A stretch of 64,000 nucleotides of DNA, taken from positions 558,001 to 622,000 of the forward strand of contig VJWM01000116.1 in assembly GCA_010909165.1 (NCBI GenBank), read 5' to 3'. Of the stretch, positions 1 to 12,483 are shown piece after piece. A program made the position numbers and the translations under genes. Source of the stretch: Anthoceros angustus (lineage: Eukaryota; Plantae; Anthocerotophyta). Position 1 is the first letter of the stretch. Each line of letters starts with the position of its first letter. Under the pieces are notes generated by a model. That model did not search any database. It had not been told where the DNA came from and saw nothing but the letters and a program-made list of their open reading frames with translations.

Positions 1-1257
1 CTCCGGAACGATGGATTTCGAGGATTTTATCGCGGGTTCGGGACTGTTATCACGGGGTTGATTCCTAGCAGGGTCATTTTTATGACAGCCCTCGAGACTT
101 CCAAGGCAAAGACTTTGGATGTTATAAAGGATTTTGACCTTCCAGAAGCGACTCAGGCAGCTGTAGCAAATGGAGTTGCGGGCCTCGTCTCTTCTGTGTC
201 CTCTCAGATTATTTTTGTCCCTCTCGACGTGGTAGGTTCACTGGGCTGGTTGCTTCTCTTCTTGGAGGAAATTAGTGTACCAGCTAAGCCATTGTGCTGC
301 TGGATCTGTCATTTCCATGTTCCTGACTTCGCTGTCTATAGGTTAGCCAGAGATTGATGGTGCAGGGCACTCCAGGTTCTAGACAATATGCGGGTGGGTT
401 GGATGCTTTTCAAAAAATCTGGAAGGCCGATGGCATTCGCGGACTGTACAGGGGTTTTGGTATGTCTGTGCTCACCTACTCGCCCAACAGTGCGGTCTGG
501 TGGGCAGCTTATGGATCCAGTCAACGGATTATTTGGAGGTTGGTAACTTCTGTTGGAGCAGTCCCAACCCGTGAATGCTGCAAAGATGCGTGCACCTCTA
601 GGCATTGACAACATGTTGAGCAAGTTATTTGTGTTGAAACTGTACTTCTCCACCACAAGGAAATGGTGCCTACGTACATCTTATGCGATGTGGTCTTCTG
701 TAGGAAACTTGGGTTCACTGATGGGAGTAACAGGGAGTATCCAAGCTTAGCCCAGGTAGTTGGAGTTCAGGCTACTGGAGGCATTGTTGCAGGTGCTGTG
801 GCGTCGCTGGTGACCACGCCCATGGATACTGTCAAAACTCGTTTACAGGTGAACTTTGGTGATGCCTGTATGCAGCCGTACGGTTCTTCCGGTGTTGATG
901 CAATGCTTACGGTTCTTTCCTTGCATGTAATCTGTTAAATCAGGTGATGGAGCATGAAGGAGAAGGAAAGCCAAGTGTTGCACAAACTGTGAAGAGGCTT
1001 CTGCGTGAGGATGGATGGAAGGGTTTTTACAGAGGTCTGGGTCCACGATTTGTCAGCATGTCGCTATGGGGAACTTCCATGATTGTGACATATGAGTTTT
1101 TGAGTAAGTTTTTGGGGAACTTGGGACTTCTTTGTGCTATTGGAGCTTCTATTTTGAACGGATGACTACCTTTGAATTTAAGCTGACGTCCGCATTGTTG
1201 TGGGTCTGTGTAACAGAACGTTTTTCAGTGAAGCAGGACGACGATAAGGCTGAGTGA
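1..1257 (+). CDS. Mitochondrial carrier family protein (SLC25A44-like), 3' part, 5 exons; 5' end outside window
   Basis: Carrier motifs PLDVV, GIRGLYRGFG, TPMDTVKTRLQ and GWKGFYRGLGPR in exons joined by GT-AG introns; last exon 1217-1257 ends AE-TGA. Confidence 0.92.
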
Positions 1258-1679
1258 ACGCGGCTGTCTCAAGGGTGGAAAGGTTTTTCAGCATTGGGTA
1301 TCCGACGGAGTCCACTTATTTTGTATGCACTCTCGCACGTTGGATCTGGCTGCCTTTGGATACGCAGCATTTGGCTGCCTACTCTTCTCACCAGCTTGGA
1401 GTAATGACCAGACGGCATGCGTCCTTGGAAACGGCCCAGTCCGTTCTCCTACACGATTCTTTAGTTTTATTCAGATTGGAGGGGTCACGTATAACCGGCA
1501 AATCATTAATCTCGTTAATTTTTTCAAAGACTTATTTGATATTTTTTTGGATCTGTAGTGATATATCTAGGTTTGTAACACCAACTGTAGTTATTACGTT
1601 AAGAAAATGTACCAACTCTAGTTGTAGAAGGATGGAATGCATGTCACAGAGTGCGTCCCATCTTGCTTCAAGGCTGCGC

Positions 1680-1840
1680 TTTCATAGAAATCACATCCAA
1701 AAGTTAGTGCACTTTCATAGAAATTTCATAGAAAACACACCCACTTTCATAGAAATCACACCCAAAAGTTAGTGCACTTTCATAGAAATTTCATAGAAAA
1801 CACACCAAAAAGTCAATGCACTTTCATAGAAAACACACCC
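1680..1840. repeat. Short tandem repeat built on CTTTCATAGAAA units
   Basis: About 7 copies of TTTCATAGAAA with CACACC/AAAAGTTAGTGCA spacers. Confidence 0.8.
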
Positions 1841-2330
1841 GGGTCTCCGACTATTGAAGCTGCAAGCATATATTTAGTTATAATTGCAACTTGGCATGTT
1901 TAGCACAAGGATTGTAGTTACTATTACCATCATAGCTTTAAGAATGAAACAATTCTAACTATCGGTCATCACGCCATCAGCCGAAAACCAAATGAGTAAG
2001 TAGAATTATATATCACCGGGACTTTTCATTTTGTGCCGGTTTAAAGCGTCCTTACAATCTGGTATTTTAAGCCATACTATGTTTCGTTGGATACATGGAA
2101 AGTATCCCAAGTCATTTCACTTAAATTGGTGCAGATGGAGAAGATATATGGAAAGAGCCCTAAATCATTTCACTGAGATTGGTGCACATGGAGGAGCGGT
2201 TCTTATGTACCGCTTCAATTATGATAATACAAGCAATCTAAAGTGCCCAATATTCATTAAAATTATGATATTTGAAAAGTAATATGCCACTATTTTCAAT
2301 AAAATAACACCCAAAAGGGTTACGGAATAG
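1835..2330. repeat. Dispersed ~480-bp repeat, copy 1 (diverged direct copy at 18714-19160)
   Basis: Colinear shared blocks such as AACCAAATGAGTA, CACCGGGAC, TACATGGAAAGT, AATTATGATAATACAA and CCAATATTCATTAAAATTATG. Confidence 0.8.
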
Positions 2331-3697
2331 ATAGCAACAATAGAGGGAAGCTATAGGACATAGCCGATTGAGGATTAGATAGTCGCACCAGAATGCAAGC
2401 TACACATGCCAAAAACTTCAAGATTGCCAACTTTCTACCAATTCATCTATCTATGACAAAAAAGGACTATATCTTAGTAAGGACTATATCTTAGTAAAAC
2501 GAGTGAGCAAGCAGGGAGTTATCGCACCTTGCTGAGAACATAAGTCGAATTGAAAGGTAGATACATTATTCATATCTAGCAGCTTGTCCAAGGTATGGAG
2601 CGAAGTGGTGAAGTCAAGACCTACAAAGCTAAGTACATTGTAATTGCTACTAGTGCTCGAGCTGTGACAATAGTGCTCAGGCTGTGACACTAGTGCTCGA
2701 GCTGTGATGTGAACTATTCCTGGAAAGGGCAAAGGCTTGTGGTTTGCCACATTCGTAGAGGTTTTGAGAGACATTGGAGACATTTCTATTTTGTCACACA
2801 TACGAGATATGGCGGTGGACATTGGTGTTGTTTCTGGTATGATTCTCATCTCTACAGCCCTGGGAGCAGCCGTCGTGGAAGCAACCGTGGGAGCAGCCGA
2901 AGGACAGCAAGTCAAGGAACAAGTGGTGTGTCTGGTATGATTGTCATCTGCGTAGCGATCACATGATGTTCTCTAAACAGCTGCGGCTCTGGAGCAACAG
3001 AGGGGCAGCAAGCCATGGAACCAGTTAGAGGAAAGGAAGTTCAGTGTTCAAATGGGTGAGCGTTGGCACAAAACTGATGTACAAGGTCATGGGCAAATTC
3101 GTGAGAAGTAGGGCAATATTACTTATTCGACATAAGAACCAGGAAAATGCTCGAAGTACATCTGCATGGCAAACAGTCGCATCGTGTAGGTTAATGAATT
3201 TGTGACCAGGAATATATCGAGCAATCTATTAATGTGGAATTGTGAACTTGGCATTTGGGTATATTAAAGAGGGGGAATGACAAGGAAAAAGAGTTTGTTG
3301 GGCTATTATTTCTAATACTCACACCATAAAGCCTAGGCTTTGCAAGCTTGTAAAAGTTGCAAAGGTTCCTTACAATTCTAAGCCTTTGCAAGATTCATTC
3401 CTTGTTCATGAACGTAAAATCCTATTTATACTTATACTCAATAGATAAAGGCTACAATTTTTTTTTTTTCATGTTGTAGAGGGACATATTAAAGTCTACA
3501 ATGTGCTAAAAGAAATTACATTTGAATGGAAATTAAAATTCCATCATATCTGATAGCAAAAATGCATGCTATAATTAGCTTTGACTCATGAGTCATAAAG
3601 ACTAGTGTATCAAACTATAATCGCTTTCTTTTATCTTGAGATCCTGAACGCTGATCAACTGCAGCTACACCTTGCAAGCGGCTGCCTAGGTCTGCAG

Positions 3698-4515
3698 CTA
3701 CACCTTGCAAGCGGGGCCGTCCGGATTAAGATTGTGGTCTCTCTCCAAGATGGGATACACTCGTTCGAAAACTTCCTACATATACGGTTTAATTGTCTTT
3801 CCCCCATAGATGTTGAGATATCCTGAACTAAAAAGGGTGAGACTCAATTTGTTGTTTGTTTCATACCTCATTATAAATCCATTGAACAGCTCTGGTTCAT
3901 AATATACAGAATTCTTACTTTGAGCCGTTCCTTCAGTCCATTATTTGCGACAAGGGTGTTGTGCAGCGCTTTCAAGTTGATCCCCTTTGAGAAATTTGAA
4001 GGTTTTGCACTAACTACAATGTTTGAAACCTTAAAATCGTTGGGCTTATCATCAGGATCAAATTGTGCATTATACCCTATCGTGTTGACCATCGCGACCA
4101 CCTACTTACAAACATGATATTGTTGCTATTGGGTTGCTGATCCTAGCACGTTCACTTTTCCTGATTTGAAAATGGGTAGTGTTAGGTAAGGGCCATGTAA
4201 GGCATTCTTGATTCAGACCCTTATAGTTTCCATACCTCCACCATTTTGCTCAGAATAGTACTCTATATTATGAAGGTTTTCAGCCAAATGATGTAAGTCA
4301 AATTCCTGGTGAAACTCAGTGATTGCCAACATGTTAATTGGGCTGCGGTATCACAACTGATCGATCGATGCTCCTCTCTTTGGCGTGTATCTAGTTCATC
4401 CTTATTTTTGACCAATACTAATCCCCTTGGTGTATCTTTATATAGTAGGGCGCTACTTATCTCAAGTGTCATCGTGAGAGTCATGCTTCTTCCCAACTCC
4501 TGACGACATCATCAT
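3698..4515 (-). pseudogene. Intronless, divergent TATA-binding protein (TBP)-like pseudogene
   Basis: Manual translation gives both TBP repeats: INMLAITEFHQEFDLHHLAENLHNIEY..TLPIFKSGKVNVLGS..DFKVSNIVVSA..INLKAL / YEPELFNGFIMR..LTLFSSGYLNIYGGK..EVFERVYPILE; 10 internal stops and 1 frameshift near 3905. Confidence 0.85.
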
Positions 4516-5542
4516 GCTATTAATATAGATTACTTGCGTAACACAACAAACAAAACTAGTGGGGTTTCTTTTGACAAGTCAACAAACTTGTTCTCAAGCC
4601 ACCAAAGGAACCTATCCAAGGTGCAGATCCTTAGATGGGCAACTTGACACTAGATCACATGTAGGCCATAAAGAGACATTGTCAGTAGCAGTTATTCGTA
4701 TCAAGCATTATAATATTAAGGCATACGACAACAATCATTTGATGTTAATAGGGATCATAACTCATGAGGTAAATAAATATGCCAACCAATATTGAAGATC
4801 ACTGGTGCAGTACATACAAAGCAACCAGCTGCAATACTATACGTGTATTTTGTTGCATAAAATTTAGTATATATGATATATATAGACAAGGGTTTAAGGT
4901 TTTCGAGATAATACTTATGAACAATACTAAAACATAAAGATAAGGCATCATGAGTTTTTGAAATAACACCAACTAAACATGTTTAGTAAAGATCTCGTAG
5001 AATTGATGTAGTATTACCAGGGAGTAGAGTAGTGAAGTCGTCTTGGCCAATTTTTGGGCTCGCCGAAATTCCTTGGGTGAGTTTAAAAGCGAGAGACCAC
5101 TAATACTATATTGTAACTTATCGTGGAGTATCTTATCGCTAGCAAGGAAGTAAGCATTGTTGTGTTTGTTTGTTAGTGACCGGTCTTTCGTACTTAGGAG
5201 GCTATTTTTCATACTTAGGAGGCTATTTTTCGTGTTTAACTAAAAATGTTTTATGTATGTGCCAACATTGTTATAGGGAGATATTTTCCTTAAGGAGATT
5301 GGGAGCCCTTGCAATCTATTTGAGCAATAAGTAGATTGCAAGGGCTCCAAATATACAGAAGCTGCAAGATGGTATAAAGCACTATGTCATATAAAGGTGT
5401 GTGCATTAGAAGATTGAGAATCCATTATGATCACTTAAAAACCCTTCTCCCTAGTGGATCTTGCAATTACTCATGTGCCAGCACAACTTTACAACCAAGT
5501 ATCTCACACCAATAAAAACTAAACTAAACCCATATAGGTATA

Positions 5543-5767
5543 TGTTACGAAACGGTTAATCTGCCCGTAACCCTGCCCGTAATCTAGTTACCGTTTAGAG
5601 GGTTAGGTCATTACAAAAGGGTGTGCCTCTTCATGAATGGACACCCTGCACCATACCTTAAAACACACCTTGTGTACCTTTTGTTTAACTAATTAACGAA
5701 GAACATATCTTGCATAGCATCATGGGTTAGATGCATGCTACACAATCCTACTGCTAGGATTTTCTCA
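5543..5767 (+). repeat. 5' LTR (225 bp, TG...CA)
   Basis: 9 mismatches against the 3' LTR by manual comparison; followed by PBS. Confidence 0.95.
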
Positions 5768-5780
5768 TGGTATTAGAGCC
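5768..5780 (+). promoter_or_regulatory. Primer-binding site complementary to tRNA-iMet
   Basis: TGGTATTAGAGCC directly after the LTR (canonical TGGTATCAGAGC). Confidence 0.9.
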
Positions 5781-6055
5781 TCGGCTCACATGGTCTTCTG
5801 ATCTGCAAAAGAAATCATGCATCAGATCATGATAGTTTTTTTTCGCTCGAATTGCGAAAAGAATTTTTGCAAATGCTAGTCGAGACCTATTGATCTAGAA
5901 TAGGGAAAATCTGAGCTAAAAGAAGATTGTTTGTCCTAGAATGTCTAGAAAACATAGTGCCTAGGCTTAGAAAATGCTATCAAAATTTTCTCTATTAAAA
6001 TGGTGCACCAGGATAGGTCACCCATCCGGGTCCTGATCCTGAGCCAGGACGCTTG

Positions 6056-6240
6056 ACTCTGGAGTTCCGAAAACACGGGCTATCCTCTCTCCTCTCCTTT
6101 GGCTCTAGAGTTCCGAAAACACGGGCTGTCCTCTCTCCTCTCCTTTGGCTCTAGAGTTCCGAAAACACGGGCTATCCTCTCTCCTCTCCTTTGGCTCTAG
6201 AGTTCCGAAAATACGGGCTATCCTCTCTCCTCTCCTTTGG
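6056..6240. repeat. Tandem repeat (~46 bp x4) in the copia leader
   Basis: CTCTAGAGTTCCGAAAACACGGGCTATCCTCTCTCCTCTCCTTTGG repeated. Confidence 0.9.
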
Positions 6241-7753
6241 CACGTTCTATGTCTGCATATTTTTTGTACATATCAACCGTTAGATAGCCTCAATGGGATT
6301 GAAAGGCCACGGGAGAGGCACCGTGCCCCTCCCTTCTCTTCACTCCTCGAACCTCAGTTTTCCAAGCAATCTCTCAGCAATCCATGGCGAGAACTCGTCG
6401 ATCCAACACCCGGCGCCCTCGTCACCCTGAGGCACGTGCGCCCAGGCCAGTCCTCAGGAACTCACCCCCGATCCACACTCTATGGTCACAGCTCCGCACC
6501 AAGATGGGTGCAACGAGCGGCAGAAACCTTGGACACTAATCTCTTACGGCTGATTCTCAGAGGTAGTCGTTGGGCGACTGCATCACAGGGGCCTCTATGC
6601 GTCTCCCGTGACTGCATATGCTCACCTACCTCAAGCCCAAGAGAAGATTGCTTTATTCACGGGTTTTCAGAAGATGATTTGGTCCCCGGAGCATCTCGCA
6701 GCCTTCTACCTCTTCCTACTTCAAATTCTCAAGATCTTCTACACAATCTGCTTTTTGCTACTAGGACTTCTCCTAGTGAGGCCAGATTTGAGCGAAATCT
6801 GTCAAGATTTGAGGAATATTTGAGGGGATATGCAGGATTGCGGGACGACGGCCAAACCTCATCAAGTTCTGGTCCGAAATTTGGCAGATCTGGAGCTAAC
6901 CCACAACAGGGGGAGGCGCATCAACCTGGAGCACCAGAACTAGCAGCCGATTGCGCTCGCGACCTGCTGCAGGTGCTAGAGCAAGAGCTGCCGTCAGCGG
7001 TGGAGCGCCGCGGCGTTAGCCGCGATCGCGCGCGCTGAGGCCGCGCGCACAAGAAAAGCGACGCCGAGCGGCGAATAACCGCGTAGCCAAACAACAACTT
7101 GTTGTCGCCAAGCGGTGAACCCCTTCGAGCCACCCCAACCGGTGTGAACGCGGGTTTTTCGGGCGCCGGTTCCGAACCGGTTCCATTCGGCGCCGTTTCT
7201 CACCTGGACTTTGCTCCTGGGAATCTTGCGCCCCCGGCAGGATATGCCCATATTCTTTCTAGCTTTTCTGCTGACGATCAATCTGGCCTTGGACATCCTA
7301 GGACTTCAGGTTGGACGTATGTTTCAAGCGACTTCGTGGAGCATAGAGATCCAGTGAAGATCGAACCAGCCTCGCGTACTCGGCAATCGGCACCTTCGAC
7401 CTCCACGGATTATGCCTCGACCTTGTGGGATCAGCTCGAGCACACAACTCAGTGTTTGGTGGACCTAGTTTTTCGCCTTCGTCGTATAGCGAAATCGGAG
7501 GTGGATAGCTTGCAAGTTCCTAACTAGTCGGACATTGAGTGGTCTTGAGCACCTTGGGGTTGCTTTGTTGAACAAGGAGGGTACTAACACGGCCAGCCTG
7601 TCCTTGAATAACTGCGTTTCCCTCGTAACTCTTGTCCGACAACATTGAAGGAAGAACCAGTGTGCTGTACACCCCTTTGCCTCAGTTTATGACCACAACC
7701 TACAATTCCTTTGTGGACCACGACATAATACAACTCACGCTAGACTCGCATTT

Positions 7754-9874
7754 ATGGGCAAGACCCGTCCACCTTCACAGTGCCCCGTCTACATCGATCA
7801 TATGAAGGAAAAAGATCGGTTCAACGGCCAGCACTTCCCGGTGTGGCGCGTGCGCATGAATTCCATCTTGATAGGTCGAGGCGTTTGGAAGATCGTCGAT
7901 GGCACCCTTCCGAAGTCCGACCCTTCTACCACTCCACCCCCGCCAGTCGCTGCTGTTGAGAGATGGGACTATTTGAACGGGATTGCAATTGCTCTCCTCA
8001 TCAGCGGACTCGATTCGAGTCTGGTGCCCAGCGTGGAGTTCCTCACGGAGGCCTTTGCAATATGGGACGAGCTATCGAACACGTACAATGTTAACAACGT
8101 TCTAACCTTGTATAGTGTAAGGCAGGAATTCAACTCCTTAAGGATGAAGGAGACAGATACGATTTCTGCCCATACCTCGAAGTTTAGACAGCTGCGAGGG
8201 CAGCTCGCCTCCCTTGGCTCCACCATGTCGGAGACCGATGCCGCTACACAACTGTTGATAAGCTTACCAGCCTCTTACCAAAATTTCGTTACCAGCCTGA
8301 TGTTGGTATCAACTCACGGTAAGTCAGGCACGGCTCCCACCTTGACAGTGGAGGACATTGTAGGCGCTCTGTATTAGCAAGAGCAGAGCCATCTTAGCTC
8401 GGGCAGAGGGTCAAGCTCAAAGGCAGGCATACCGTCCACCCCGCTTCAAGCCGGAAGACTCGGGCAGGCAAACTTCACCCCTAAAGGTGAATCAACCTCT
8501 GCCCCTCCTCGCCGAGCCGGAAACTGCAATTGGTGCGGAGCTACTGGCCACTGGGCACGGGACTGCCGCAAGAAGAAGGCCGGAGAGCCATAGAAGGTCG
8601 GCCCAGACAGAGATGTTGTTGCGATTCAAGGAAAGCAGATGGAGACAAAAACCGTAAAGATACTTATGGTTTGCCTCAACACCCAATTGCACCAGGATTC
8701 GAGATGGTATCTGGACAGTGGAGCCACCGCCCACATATGCAACGATTGTACTCTATTCACCAAGCTGGATACCTGTCCTCTTAGGGAAAGGGTGTTACTC
8801 GGTGATGAACAGAGTAGATCTAGTCTGCCTATCATGGGACAAGGCACTTGCGAATTTCCCCTTTGGCACGGTTCGGTGCTTACCTTGGAGCCTGTGCTCC
8901 TCGTCCCGCAGATGGGCAAGAACCTGGTCTCCATGACCCTGCTGCTGAAGCAAGGCGATCTTGAGATGCTCGCTTCAAGGGGGTCATGTTGTTTTTTCAG
9001 GACCACAAATCCTGACTTGTGCCTCTTCACCGCCATGCCTCAAGACGGCCTGCACAGGCTCTCATTTGCCGACGGGAGCGAGCCGTCTGCCTTCACGGCC
9101 GGACCGGCGCCGTCATCCGCTGACAGCCTGGCATCTCTGTGGCACGCGAGGTTGGGACACATTAACAAAAACAAGCTTTCATCCATGGCGTCACAAAACC
9201 TGTATACGGAGCCCCTACCTAAGTGTTTTCGGCACCTCCCTGTGTGCGAATCTTGTGTGTTGGCGAAGCAGAAAGAAATCCCCTTCTCTAAGCACGCTCA
9301 CAGGGTAACCACCACCTTGGAATTGGTTCATGCAGACATCTTTGGAAAGATCCACGAACCGTCACTAGGGGGAGCACGCTACTACCTTACCCTTACGGAT
9401 GATTTTAGTAGGTACTCATGGACATATCCTATGCACCTCAAGAGTGACACGTTCACCTACTTCCGAGATTGGTTGCCGAGAGACAGACAGGTCACTTGCT
9501 GAAAATCCTGAGAAGTAACAACGGAACAGAATTTGTGAATAACACCTTTGATGACTTCTTGCGGGAGCGAGGTATTGAGAGGTAGCTTAGCGTACCCTAC
9601 ACCCCAGAGCAAAACGGGGTTTCGGAGCGCAAAAATCAGACCCTGCTCTCAATGACCCGAAGCATGTTGCTGTGGGCTGGCCTTCCTCAAGGCTTCTGGG
9701 CAGAAGCCATTGTCATTGCCACCTACATCCTCAATCGAGTCATCACTGGTGTTGTCCCTGGAAAATTCTGCAGGTTTTCTGAATTGAAAACCCCAGTCTC
9801 CTTCGAGTCTTTGGTTCTACAGCTTATGCCTACATACCAAAGACCAAGCGCCGAAAGTTGGAGGACAGGTCGCG
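7754..9874 (+). pseudogene. Copia gag-protease-integrase (disrupted)
   Basis: Gag FNGQHFPVWRVRM, zinc knuckle CNWCGATGHWARDC (~8525), protease WYLDSGATAH, LWHARLGH, LELVHADIFG, DDFSRY, PEQNGVSERKN; in-frame TAG stops and frameshifts. Confidence 0.93.
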
Positions 9875-12483
9875 CACTACAACGAAACCATGCCCTTTAC
9901 TAACCTCTGATTTATGGAGAGATGAGAGAGTGGAGCACTTTATCGCTTTACTACGGGGTTTCGGCCAATTATTTTTAGGAGTATAGCCCTAGACTTTACA
10001 ACATGGGTTGCGTTGTTTTACTACGGTGGGGTTTCGCCACGACTCAATCGATGACGTGGCAAAGCGAAAGTCCGTTGAAAAGGGGCAATTGAGGTTCGTA
10101 ACAAGATGGAGGACTTTACTACGCAAGTAGGGAAATTACTATAGGGGGTTTTACAAAGGAATCCATTTTTTACTACAACCTTGTGTTACAACGGGCGTTT
10201 ACCTTTTTCTAAGGGTCTTATTTACTAAGCAGCCAAGTTCTAAACCCTACACGCCTTGATTTACAACGGATTTATTTTTATATTGTAGAATTTCCGTATG
10301 GGATCACTACGGGCATATATGACACATGCGATGTCTTTTACTAAGTTATTAATTGGATTACAACATGGCCTTTTTATGTCTGCTCGTGGTTTGCCACAAA
10401 CCCCGATTGAAAACCCTTCCATGTTCACACTAATGGGGGTTTGGGCCAAAACGCCTTTATGGCATCCCACGAAGCCTCATGGTATCTCGCCGCCACCCAT
10501 TGGAGAATCCGGAGTCCATGGCATGCATCAATTCGAGCATCGAATCTATCTCCGAAAGGCAACGGCCCACTACCATGAACCGCGTGCGAATTCTAGGAAC
10601 TCCGCATCCGGACATCTGAACAATTCTGGGCATCTTCCGCGGTCACGATGGTGTCGCGTGGGGAGTTGACCCCGACCGCCCATGCGTGTTCAAAGGTGGC
10701 GCGGATGGTGGCCTCGCATCGAGCAAAGGTACTCGCCACCCATCTCCGGAGACCGCCGGTGTCATGGCCATCGATGCTTGTTAATCACAACCACAAACCT
10801 CAGAAACCAAACACATGTGACCATCGAAATGCCCGATTAGGGGTTTGGAGTCGCGACTTTGTTGCGGACACGGTGAAGGCAACATGCTCACCGTAATCGC
10901 GCCCAATCTCCGAATCGCAGGGCTAATCAGAATCACCTCCTTCAAAGATAAGTCGCATCCGACGATGAGAAGAGGCCTCGAGGCGGTGGCCTCTTCTTAT
11001 GGCCTAGACAGCCAAAGGCCGCCGCCACGTGTCTTGATCAAACAGCGTTTTTCCAACGGCATGCCGAATGATGCGTTGCCTGTGCTCGTGCTTCTAGAAC
11101 TCGAGTGGTCAAAGATGACATTTTGAGTGGTCAAGGCTTGATAAAGAACCCTCAGCCGTAGTTCCATGAGTGCCTTATGTCGGATTAGGGTCCTTGGGTT
11201 GCGGTGTTTCCATGTGACTTACCTTATATTACTTGGGAACATTGCGCGTATGAAATTTTCAAGGACAAGGACAAGCACTAGTAGGTAGGGGTCCTTGGCC
11301 TTTGGGTTTACGATCTGTGCGGCCGGGACTGCTGCTGAGCCGTTCCCATGGTACAAGGATACATTACCTTAAATACACATCTGAGTACTGGCAAAAAAAT
11401 CATCTAAGGGCGGGAACGCGGTGGACGCCGGGCAGCTTTGAACTGTCTGCCCTCTACCGAGTTCCCGCCCAAACCCTAAAAAGCCATCATAGGCTGAGAA
11501 CCACGTCCGGACGGGGTGGAGTAGTCGATGCGAGCGACCACGAATTCTAGGGAGACCAGGAGAACTTACCACGCCTGTTACAACTAGGACACTTGGGCAG
11601 CGCAAACGGCGGGAGGAGGGATTGACGCCACATCAGCCCTCATTTGGAGTCTGTGGGATATAGGGTAAGGGTGCACACTCCAGATGCGCCAGTCCCATGT
11701 GAGCTGCAAGTGTAGCTATAGGCATGCCTTTCGTTTCCAGTGCTCTTGTTAATCACAACCAACCATGGGTCCAGATGCCAAAATCGCAGAAGATCGAGCT
11801 GCGCGCAGAGACGAACAAGGACACTCGGCGCTTGGCGACAGTCGCAATGGTTGCCGGAAATGCCGTGGAGGCAACCGTGGAGGGATGACCGGTCGGACCC
11901 AAAGTTGGTTGTACTTGACAAGAACATGGAAGTGGTGCCGCTTTTCTTGGACCGTCACCCGGAGATTGAAGGGCGATATGGCGGAATGTTAAAGCATCAC
12001 GTGATATGTCCGTGTCCGCGAGAATGAAGAGCCAGAAAAACGGGCTTCAAGCGGGCATGGGGATACTCGCGCAAACGGGCGGTGGGAAAGGCGAGAGATG
12101 GAACGCGCGGGGTCGCTTGGTGCCGATGGCCATGGAAGAGCTCGAGTAGCGTTCACACCACGGCCAGCAAGCGTGGCGTGTGTGCACACCGCCCGGACAT
12201 TGGGCGGCCCAAAACCCGTGGCCGCCACCGCGATGGCAAAGGCCGCCGCTTGCTCGGGTCCGATGGTGATGTTGGGCGTGAGTCATGGTACAAGGGGGTC
12301 TCGATGAAGATGCCTCGGATGAGGAGCCCTGCAATGGGGATGAGGTGGAGTCGAATCGACATTGACGAGGGCGCCGCAAAGTGAGGCAAGCCGGGTCTAT
12401 GCCGGGCGCAGGGCGGGGCGATTGCATGCGAAGAGTCCGCGCCGCAATCACAGGCAACAATAAGGATTTCCGACGATGCAGAC

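Noticed and set aside
2700-3190. Exon/intron-like remnant
   Set aside because: Putative introns are very short and no recognisable product results
3824-3918. GT-AG intron in the TBP-like gene
   Set aside because: The segment encodes the conserved YEPELF..LFSSG region, so it is coding
3698-4515. Stops repaired by U-to-C RNA editing
   Set aside because: That editing is organellar; any stop is trivially T-to-C correctable; a frameshift is also present
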